A stretch of DNA of 64,000 nucleotides from Longimicrobiales bacterium (GTDB lineage Bacteria > Gemmatimonadota > Gemmatimonadetes > Longimicrobiales > Gaopeijiaceae): contig OZ241892.1 in NCBI GenBank assembly GCA_965203485.1, positions 3,493,017 to 3,557,016 of the forward strand, given 5' to 3'. How positions within the stretch are numbered: position 1 is the first letter of the stretch; each line of letters opens with the position of its first letter. The notes under the pieces were generated by a model. The model was given only the letters and a program-made list of their open reading frames with translations, searched no databases and was not told the origin of the DNA. Made by a program: the position numbers and the translations under genes. Shown piece by piece: positions 11,101 to 18,160 of the stretch.

Positions 11101-12185
11101 CCGACACGAATGGGGTCGCGACACCGATTGCCGAGTTGGACCAGCTGGTCGAGGAGAACCCGGGCAACAAGGACGTGATCTTTCCGTACATCGGCGGCAA
11201 GGAACTCAACACCAGCCCGACGCACGCGCACCATCGGTACGTCATTAACTTCCGCGACTGGCCGCTTCGCCGAGACGACATCGGCGAGACGTGGAAGGAA
11301 GCGGACGATCATCGACGCAAGGAGTTGCGACGCCAACCCGTAGTGCCGAGTGACTATCCCGATCCCGTGGCCGCGGACTGGCCGGAACTGCTGGACATTG
11401 TGAGGAACAAGGTCAAGCCACGACGCGCTCATTTGACGCGCAACCCTATCGGGAGAAGGCGGGCGACGTACTGGTGGCAGTATGGTTCATCAGCGACACA
11501 ACTCTATGCGGCGACTGCACGCAAGCAACGCGTGCTGGCCATCAACTGCGGCGCAACCCCGCATCATGCCTTCACGTTTCTTCCGATCCGCATGGTCTTC
11601 GCCCACGTACTTGCCGTCTTCCCCCTCGACACCCACGCTGCCTTCTGCACCCTCCAGTCTCGCGTCCACGAGATTTGGGCGCGCTTCTTCGGCTCGTCCC
11701 TTGAGGATCGACTCCGCTACACCCCCTCCGACATCTTCGAGACCTTCCCGTTTCCAAATAAGTGGGAGACCCATCCGTCCCTCGAAGCCGCCGGCAAGGC
11801 GTACTCCGACTTCCGCGCCGACCTCATGGTCCGCAACGCCAAGGGTCTCACCAAGACCTACAACCACTTCCACGATCCCAACGAGGCCGCTCCGAAAATC
11901 GTCCAGCTCCGCGACCTCCACGCCGCCATGGACAGGGCGGTCCTCGACGCCTACGGCTGGACCGACGTCCCCACGGACTGCGATTTCGTGCTCGACTACG
12001 AGATCGACGAGGAGGAATGGGGCCGCAAGAAGAAGCCGTACCGCTACCGCTGGCCGGACAACGTGCGCGACGATGTCCTCGCACGCCTTCTCGAACTCAA
12101 CGGCCAACGCGCCGCCGAGGAAGCCGCCGCCTGCAAGGCCGGACGCGACGAGGCCACCCGTTCGCGGCCCGGGAAGCGCCGATGA
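8163..12185 (+). CDS. drmMI: DISARM class I N6-adenine DNA methyltransferase DrmMI
   Basis: GSHYTP, VCDPAMGSGAF (motif I), IVGNPPF (motif IV), C-terminal RYRWPD..RDDVLARLLELN. Confidence 0.9.
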   Translation: MAKVNPDIATHLEWLGFVRPTGLVVSPTTLVRAGAILQRRDNEGQARLKECLATEATGAGVLAFSRFREFANKVLDWSFSPKGYAGTADAPVPRELEVVMPDTGRAVRPHYAVRMGRDEAEWQLLVLVCERGRDFDASQARSAAAQDTMERLLRGTGAPAGILFNGEALRLVSAPKGESSGWLDFRVADMVETAGRPICAAMRLLLGETRLLSVAKDKRLAALMAESRKFQNEVSQDLSGQVLHALYELLRGFQAAHDGSGRKLLETPLRENPDEVYRGLLTLVLRLIFLLYAEERDMLPQDEVFLGGYSVAGLHKRLREDAALHPDTMDQRYGAYAQLLFLFRMVHDGVRIDTMILPPRHGVLFDPDRYPFLEGRGAQVAGGRQVHERIEPPRVSDGAVYRVLEKLLVLNGERISYRALDVEHIGSVYETMMGFRLETAKGRSVAIKAEGKHGAPATVDLDALLAQPSDKRVEWVRDRTDRKLTDKVANAVRQAGAIEALHAAVAPVVDSVATPDLIARGSMILQPSKERRSTGSHYTPRELTEPIVRDALKPVLDRLSAETGGSPTPDQVLALKVCDPAMGSGAFLVEACRQLGAALVDAWHAADAVPDGLEGEDELVFARREVARRCLYGVDRNPIAVDLAKMSLWLATLAKGLPLTFLDHALRHGDSLVGLTKRQIGAFHWDEKAPALQLGFEADRAKDDLDRVRDMRRRIREAGDGVSDRKLRAVLGEAMSATASVRRTGDLVLAAYFDEAKPKKREARRVELAACVAEGRAEEYTSWLDEQRDADPPLAPFHWEIEFPEVFERDAPGFDAIVGNPPFAGKNSMANANVRHYPLWLKQAHQQSHGNADLVAHFFRRSFDLIRPNGTFGLIATNTIGQGDTRSTGLRWICQHGGEIFKATTRVKWPGMAAVVVSVVHVAKGRASSQRFLDKRPVERITAFLFHRGGHGDPAQLKANARKSFVGSYVLGMGFTFDDTDTNGVATPIAELDQLVEENPGNKDVIFPYIGGKELNTSPTHAHHRYVINFRDWPLRRDDIGETWKEADDHRRKELRRQPVVPSDYPDPVAADWPELLDIVRNKVKPRRAHLTRNPIGRRRATYWWQYGSSATQLYAATARKQRVLAINCGATPHHAFTFLPIRMVFAHVLAVFPLDTHAAFCTLQSRVHEIWARFFGSSLEDRLRYTPSDIFETFPFPNKWETHPSLEAAGKAYSDFRADLMVRNAKGLTKTYNHFHDPNEAAPKIVQLRDLHAAMDRAVLDAYGWTDVPTDCDFVLDYEIDEEEWGRKKKPYRYRWPDNVRDDVLARLLELNGQRAAEEAAACKAGRDEATRSRPGKRR

Positions 12186-13399
12186 ACGCGCCATCCGCCG
12201 ACCGCCGCCTCGTAACCCGAGCAAGAGTCCGCAACTACCGCAACATCGCGGCCTGCGACGTGGAGCTGGCCCAACTGTCGTTGGTCGTGGGCCCCAACGG
12301 AGCCGGCAAGAGCAACTTCCTGGACGCGGTTGGCTTGGTGGGGGACTGTCTTCGCTCGTCGTTGAGCGACGCCCTTCGGCGGCGAGGCGGCGCCAGAGAG
12401 ATTGCACGGCGGACGTCCGGTCGGGCAAAGCACTTCGGGATCCGTCTTGACTACAACCTTGGAGTCGGCACGGGGCATTACGCCGTTTCCTTGGGCGCGG
12501 GCCGAGACGGCAAGCTCGACGTCCGGAGAGAGGAATGCCGGCTGGTTCGCGGGGTCGAAGCCCACTTCTGCGCACTCGATCACGGTCGGGTAAGGGAGTG
12601 CACTGTTTCGCATCCTCCGCCCGCGCCCCAGGATGACCTTTACCTCGTGCGTCTGGCGTCCGTGCCCGAATTCCGCCCCGTCTACGATGCGTTGTCGGAT
12701 GTGTGCGTCTATCGGCTCAATCCGGACGCGATCCGCGAGCTGCATGAACCCGAGCAGGGCCTTCTACGATCTGACGGACGCAATGTGGCAAGCGTATTGG
12801 AAGCCATCAAGCGTCGGTCTCCAAAGACCAAGGAACGACTGGATCGATACCTGCAAGCCGTGGTGCCGGAGTTGGCGGCCGTGGACAAGCTGGCCTTGGG
12901 TCCCTGGCGCACGCTTGCGTTCAAGAAGGTGGTGCGCGAGGGAGCGCGGCACCGACGATTCCTGGCACGAGACATGTCCGACGGCACGCTCAGGATCGTG
13001 GGCGTGCTGGCGGCCTTGCTCCAGGGCACCGGCGCAAACGTTGCTCGCCACGGCCTAGTATGCCTGGAAGAGCCGGAGGCGGCCCTTCATCCGGGCGCGC
13101 TCGAGGTTCTGTTGGACATGTTGGCGGACGGAGCGGAGAGGACACAGGTGGTCGTGACCAGCCAAAGCGCCGACCTGCTGGATCACAAGCAGATATCCGT
13201 GGACTCCATCGTGGTCGTCGGGTCGGACGAGGCCGGCGGGCGCCTCGGTCCCATCGACGAAGCCGGCAGATCGGTGATCGAGAACGGCAACTTCACCGCG
13301 GGCGAACTGATGAGAATGGAGCAACTTCTGCCGGACGAGAAGGCGTCGCGCCTGCGTCCGTCCCAGGTCTCCCTGTTCGGCGCACCAAGGTCGCGATGA
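12182..13399 (+). CDS. ABC/AAA_21-type ATPase
   Basis: ATG 12182 overlaps the drmMI stop (ATGA); GPNGAGKSN, MSDGTLR, CLEEPEAALHP, VTSQS. Confidence 0.85.
   Translation: MNAPSADRRLVTRARVRNYRNIAACDVELAQLSLVVGPNGAGKSNFLDAVGLVGDCLRSSLSDALRRRGGAREIARRTSGRAKHFGIRLDYNLGVGTGHYAVSLGAGRDGKLDVRREECRLVRGVEAHFCALDHGRVRECTVSHPPPAPQDDLYLVRLASVPEFRPVYDALSDVCVYRLNPDAIRELHEPEQGLLRSDGRNVASVLEAIKRRSPKTKERLDRYLQAVVPELAAVDKLALGPWRTLAFKKVVREGARHRRFLARDMSDGTLRIVGVLAALLQGTGANVARHGLVCLEEPEAALHPGALEVLLDMLADGAERTQVVVTSQSADLLDHKQISVDSIVVVGSDEAGGRLGPIDEAGRSVIENGNFTAGELMRMEQLLPDEKASRLRPSQVSLFGAPRSR
12359..12496 (+). repeat. 138-bp direct repeat, copy A (inside the ATPase gene)
   Basis: Identical to 15522-15659 except 2 substitutions, aligned by eye. 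Confidence 0.9.
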
Positions 13400-14004
13400 C
13401 TCTCGACGTCGCGGTCGTCGTCGAAGGGAAGGGCGAGACGTTGGCCGTGCCGGTGCTCTTGCGCAGGATCGCCGCTGTTGTGACGCCCGGCCTCGACCTG
13501 AGGATCGACGTTCTGAGACGAGGAAGGCAACAGGTCGTCAAGAAGCCGCACTTCGAGAAGTCCATCGACTTGGCCGCCCGGCGCGTCGGGCCGAAAGGGG
13601 TGATTCTGGTCCTGCTGGACGCCGACACCGATTGCCCGGCGGAGCTGGGGCCGCAGTTGGTCCGGCGCGCCGCGAGAGCCCGCCCTGATCGAGTCACGCG
13701 CGTGGTCCTCGCCAAGTCGGAGTACGAAGCGTGGTTTCTCGCGTCGGCCGGATCGCTGGCGGGAAAGCACGGAATGCGGGTGGACCTGACTGCTCCGGCA
13801 GATCCGGAGAGCATCCGGGATGCCAAGGGATGGCTGAGCCGCCATCAAGCAGACGAGCGATCGTATCGGCCCTCGGTGCACCAGACGTCGCTCACGGCGG
13901 CCTTCGACATGGCGGCCGCAAGATCCGCGCCGTCGTTCGACAAGCTGTGGCGCGACGTGGCAACCGAGTTGCGCTTGCGCTACCGCGGAGGCCCGAATCT
14001 GTAG
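13396..14004 (+). CDS. DUF4276-like (TOPRIM-type) protein
   Basis: ATGA overlap with the ATPase; VVVEGKGE, LLDADTDCP, EYEAWFLA, DPESIRDAKGWL, SFDKL. Confidence 0.75.
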   Translation: MTLDVAVVVEGKGETLAVPVLLRRIAAVVTPGLDLRIDVLRRGRQQVVKKPHFEKSIDLAARRVGPKGVILVLLDADTDCPAELGPQLVRRAARARPDRVTRVVLAKSEYEAWFLASAGSLAGKHGMRVDLTAPADPESIRDAKGWLSRHQADERSYRPSVHQTSLTAAFDMAAARSAPSFDKLWRDVATELRLRYRGGPNL

Positions 14005-14049
14005 GTTGCCGATGAGCCGGGGATGCTCGTCTTGCGAGAGCCGGAACCC

Positions 14050-14276
14050 GCTCGGGGCCGCCTCAGCGCTTCGCCAAGCTGTCGTGCCTGCGCGACTCGG
14101 GCTCTTGGATGGGTCCATGCGACGCAGCCTGCAATGCGGGGTCGCCCGCCTCGCCGGTGCACGCGGACCGCGTCCCAGAGCAGGCCGGGAGAGAATACGA
14201 CCGCCGAATCAGCGTTCCTTCATCGTGCACGCTACCGTCGAGTCCGGCAGGCGTCGACCGTGGTATGTTCCTCCTT
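14050..14276. repeat. Diverged duplicate of the rpn 5' end / drmA start region, with an internally deleted rpn remnant
   Basis: 14081-14276 matches 17961-18160 (~10 differences incl. a 4-nt indel); 14050-14080 matches rpn-internal 17342-17372. Confidence 0.9.
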
Positions 14277-14455
14277 AAGCGGAAGTTCCGGGGGCAAACG
14301 GGGCGAGCGTCTGCTGGACCGCAGGCCGTCGAGGGGCCGCTCGCTGGCGGCGGCGATGGCGCTGGCGCGGATTCTCGAGCCCGGCTCGAAGCTGGCGACG
14401 GCGCGGGGGTTGAGTCGCGAGACGCTGGCCGGCACGCTGGGCGAGGAGCTCTGCC
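14277..14455 (+). mobile_element. IS1634-family transposase fragment (remnant)
   Basis: Peptide RLLDRRPSRGRSLAAAMALARILEPGSKLATARGLSRETLAGTLGEEL resembles the conserved N-terminal block of IS1634-type transposases; no DDE core follows. Confidence 0.6.
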
Positions 14456-14659
14456 GCCCAATCGCCGCTCTCGAGCCGCTCCACGTCTCTTGGGGCCGCT
14501 CCAAGCCCAATTCCGCGAATTCCGCGCGTTCGCACCGTCGAGAGCCCGGTAAACCGCTGTGTCCCGCCAAGTTTCGTCGCGGATGCGCCAAATCCGTTTA
14601 TCCACGGGCTGCTAGCCATCCGGTCAAGGCTCGCCCGCCGCACGGACGGCTTCGCTGTT

Positions 14660-15426
14660 TGCCAAGCCGTGTAGGAGTCACCATATTCGGGAACGTTCCG
14701 ATCAATACTCCGTCCCCCCCCAGCCGTTCATTGGATTTGTACTCCCTGGACGGAACGCGAGAAACTTTCTATACCGCATGGAATATTCCCAGCGAGGCTG
14801 AAGATTTGATGTTGGAGGAAGCTCAAGGCTCCTACAGGGCCATCGTCAACGTCAAGACGCCACCCGAATTTGCGCCACCATTGTTGATCGATGTCTTGTC
14901 GGATGGCCTTGTGGCTCTAGTCGATTCCACGGGATATCGAATCAAATTGATATCCCCTGCTGGAACTATCGCAGGCACGCTGGACAGGTCGATCGAGCCT
15001 ATGGACGTAACGCCGGCGATCAAGCAAGCAGCGCGAGACCGAAGAGCGGGCGCGAGCGTCTCAGTCCTTGGAGCTGACATATCCGAGCAGGCGCGTCGTG
15101 CGCTGATGCGCCAACTCCAGGACGACGCCGCGAGTCGAATGACGTTTGCAGAGCAGATTCCTGTGATCAACAGGATGGCCGTGGACTCGGAAGACCGCAT
15201 TTGGGTCGAACGCACGGGAAGAGACGGTTTCTCCGACGGGCCGACAGACGTGTTTGACGCCGACGGTACCTACTTGGGCACGTTGTCCGCTGACGGCCTC
15301 CGCATTCCTCGCGCCTTCGGACCCGACGGGCTGATGGCGTACATCCAGCGAGACGAACTCGATTCTCCCTTCGTGCGCGTCATCAGATTGCTGGCGCTGG
15401 AGCGGTCCGGGGATCCGTCGAACTAG
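14660..15426 (+). pseudogene. C-terminal fragment of a 6-bladed beta-propeller protein
   Basis: VDSTGYRIKLI, MAVDSEDRIWVER, DVFDADGTYLG, AFGPDGLMAYIQRDELD; no credible native N-terminus or signal peptide. Confidence 0.65.
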
Positions 15427-15521
15427 AACCGCCGATTGGCCAATCGGCCCGAGCCTGTACATCGCCCGCCTTCCGCGCTATCATGCCGGAACGGTATGGA
15501 TCCCCATCGGCGTCCTGCCGC

Positions 15522-15659
15522 TCGTTGAGCGACGCCCTTCGGCGGCGAGGCGGCGCCAGAGAGATTGCACGGCGGACGTCCGGTAGGGCAAAGCACTTCG
15601 GGATCCGTCTTGACTACAACCTTGGAGTCGGCACGAGGCATTACGCCGTTTCCTTGGGC
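15522..15659 (+). repeat. 138-bp direct repeat, copy B
   Basis: Matches 12359-12496. Confidence 0.9.
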
Positions 15660-16362
15660 ACGCACCCGGCCGGTGGCGGTCTCCAATGCGGGCGCGCGCA
15701 CACGGTCGCTCGTCTTGGCAGGCGCCGATGGCGTCTCGAGAGCAGGCCGCGACAGAATGCGCGTTTTGCGGATTCTCCACATGGTGGCGCACAAGAATTG
15801 CCACACTCGCACCAGTCTGCGGCTCGATGAGCTAGGACTGGCCCGCCGGTTCGGCGTCGTCGAATTAGCCTCTGGAAGCAATCTATACCGAGCAACCGTC
15901 AAGAAGGACGACGCCAGCGCAGAAGCTGTGTTGCCGGATGTCGGCTTCGGCGTTTCCCAGGTCTTGCCCGCGCTCGTTCTCCTCTACTACGTTCCCCGTG
16001 GTTCCATCGTACTGATGGAGCAACCGGAGATTCATCTTCATCCCTCGGCTCAAGGGGGATTGGCCGATGCGATTCTGTCCGCCGCCAAGGCCCGAGACCT
16101 TCAGGTAATTGTAGAGAGCCACAGCGAGCACCTCTTGCGACGACTTCAACGTCGTGTCGCCGAAGAAGAAGCGTCGTCTGATGACGTGAAGCTGTACGCT
16201 ACTAGCGTCATGGGCGGTAGGGGCGAAATCTCCGACTTGGAACTCACACCCCTTGGCGAAATTCGGAAATGGCCAGAAGAGTTCTTCGGCGACGAACTGG
16301 GCGAGATATTGGCGATCAGGCGAACCGCGCTTTCTCGCAGGTTACAACCTGGTGGCGAATAA
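15565..16362 (+). pseudogene. C-terminal half of a second ABC/AAA ATPase (DUF3696-like end), lacking Walker A
   Basis: DVGFGVSQVLP, LMEQPEIHLHP, IVESHSEHLLRRLQRR, G.I.KWPEEFF; 5' part replaced by the duplicated segment. Confidence 0.7.
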
Positions 16363-16792
16363 TCGACGGTGTGTGGTTGTCGACACGAACGTTCCGATTG
16401 CCGCCAACGGACGCGACATGCACGCCGATGTGGCGTGCCAACTTGCTTGCATAGAAGCAATCAAGGAGACATACAATAACCGGCTGGTCGTCCTCGATCA
16501 CGGAGAGTTGATCTTGGACGAATACGCGAAGCACCTAAACCGAAGTGGCGAACCAGGCGCAGACGACGCATTCTTCGAGTATCTGTTTATGCACGGCTAC
16601 ACGCCCAGTCGCGTGCACCGGGTGTCGCTAACGCAGATCGGAGACGAGAGCCGTGGGTTTGCGGAGCTGCCGGTGAACGGCTTTGATCCTGGGGATCGGA
16701 AATTTCTGGTTGCCGCGCTGGTGGCCGATGCGGCGATTATCAACGCCACGGACGGCGACTGGCACGAGCAACGAGCATGTTTGAAACGTTGA
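16352..16792 (+). CDS. PIN-domain-like protein, possibly frameshifted at the extreme C-terminus
   Basis: GTG overlaps the ATPase end; VVVDTNVPIAAN, ILDEY, DPGDRKFLVAA, NATDGDW; VVVEQLCPQH continues in another frame after the stop. Confidence 0.6.
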   Translation: MANNRRCVVVDTNVPIAANGRDMHADVACQLACIEAIKETYNNRLVVLDHGELILDEYAKHLNRSGEPGADDAFFEYLFMHGYTPSRVHRVSLTQIGDESRGFAELPVNGFDPGDRKFLVAALVADAAIINATDGDWHEQRACLKR

Positions 16793-16883
16793 GAGGTGGT
16801 TGTGGAACAGCTGTGCCCACAACACGCGGTCAAGTTGGCGATGGCTACATGACCGCAATCGAAGTTCGCGAGATGAATTGGTG

Positions 16884-18002
16884 CTATTGGGAACGTCGCC
16901 TGACAACCCTGCGTCCTGCGGCCTCCAACAGCTCGTCGCCGGTGTCGCAATCGACCACGGCGTCCCCGACCCGAGCCAGCTCGTCGGCGCCCATCCCCTC
17001 GACCAGTCCCTCTAGCTGTTGCGCCGTCTCCGCGCCGAACCGTCGCGAGGCCAGCCGCAACACCATCGCTTGGCGCTCCTCCGTCCGTCCCCGCTCCAGC
17101 CCCCTTTCCATGCCGCGCTCCATGCCACGCTTTATGCCGCGTTCCATGCCGCGCTTCATGCCCCGCTTCCATCCCCGCTGTTCGTGGCCTCTTGCCCAGT
17201 CGTCGTAGGTCTCGCTCATGTCGTCTTCTCCTCCCGGTTGGATGATCCACCGCACGGCTTGCCGCCGACGCTCCTCCGGTCCCCGTGCGGCTCGCAACCG
17301 CTCGCCGGTCCAGACGGCCAGCGCCTTGCGCAAGTCCGAGTGCTCGGGGCCGCCCCAGCGCTTCGCCAAGCTTCGGCGAACCCTCGGCAGGCTCGTCCAA
17401 GGAGCCGTCTCCATCGCCGCGATCCAGCCGAGCAGGCTGTCGCTGGGAAGCAAGTGTTGCGCGAAGGCCGACTGCAAGTCAAGCACGCGGTGGCCGTGGG
17501 CGTGCAGCCAGTCGCCCCTCAGGCAATGCGTTGCTTCCGCCAGCGAGGGCGCCCGTCTGCGGGCGAGTTCAGTCAATGTTGGGACGGCGCTCCAGGGCTG
17601 CCCGCCGGAGTGGACGACGATGGACATCGTGTGCGGCATGGCGCGGCCCGGGTCGAGCAGGCTGGGATAGCGATGAAACACGAGGTGCGCCGCTTGGCTG
17701 TAGCTCATGGTGCGGAAGACCATGTCGTGATCCACGGATGACTGGAACTCGACGAGAAAGACGACCGATGCTCGGCCGTCCTTGAACCAAGCCCGCCATG
17801 CGCAGTCGCCGAGCTGGCGCTTCAGGTCCGGGCTGACGGTCTCGGTGGCGAACGGCTCGACGGTCGAGAGGTCGAGCGCGTGGCTCCAGCCCTTGGCGGC
17901 GAAGTCGCGGATCAGGTCGGTGGCGGCCTGGGCGTGCGAGAACAGGAGCTTGTAGGTCTGGTCGTGCCTGCGCGACTCGGGCTCTTGGGCGGGGCGGTCC
18001 AT
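16884..18002 (-). CDS. Rpn/YhgA-like recombination-promoting nuclease (PD-(D/E)XK 'putative transposase')
   Basis: HDQTYKLLFSH, LGDCAW, LVEFQSSVDHDMVFR, VVHSGGQPW, C-terminal RGxE repeats then LRLASRRFG. Confidence 0.85.
   Translation of the reverse strand: MDRPAQEPESRRHDQTYKLLFSHAQAATDLIRDFAAKGWSHALDLSTVEPFATETVSPDLKRQLGDCAWRAWFKDGRASVVFLVEFQSSVDHDMVFRTMSYSQAAHLVFHRYPSLLDPGRAMPHTMSIVVHSGGQPWSAVPTLTELARRRAPSLAEATHCLRGDWLHAHGHRVLDLQSAFAQHLLPSDSLLGWIAAMETAPWTSLPRVRRSLAKRWGGPEHSDLRKALAVWTGERLRAARGPEERRRQAVRWIIQPGGEDDMSETYDDWARGHEQRGWKRGMKRGMERGIKRGMERGMERGLERGRTEERQAMVLRLASRRFGAETAQQLEGLVEGMGADELARVGDAVVDCDTGDELLEAAGRRVVRRRSQ
17083..17178 (-). repeat. 12-bp tandem repeats encoding RG(W/M/I/L)(K/E) units
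   Basis: RGWKRGMKRGMERGIKRGMERGMERGLERGR in the Rpn C-terminus. Confidence 0.9.
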
Positions 18003-18160
18003 GCGACGCGGCCTGCAATGCGGGGTCGCCCGCCTCGCCGGTGCGCGCGGACCGCGTCCCGGAGCGGGCCGGGAGAGAATGCGACCGCCGAATCAGCATT
18101 CCTTCATCGTGCACGCTACCGTCGGGTCCGGCAGGCGCCGACCGTGGTATGTTCCTCCTT
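17961..18160. repeat. 200-bp rpn/drmA divergent junction (copy 2 of the duplication)
   Basis: Matches 14081-14276. Confidence 0.9.

Noticed and set aside
14081..18160. Diversity-generating retroelement TR/VR pair (two ~200-bp repeats with many A-versus-G differences)
   Set aside because: No reverse transcriptase in the window; differences include non-A positions and an indel; the repeat is mostly intergenic or 5' sequence, not a C-terminal variable region
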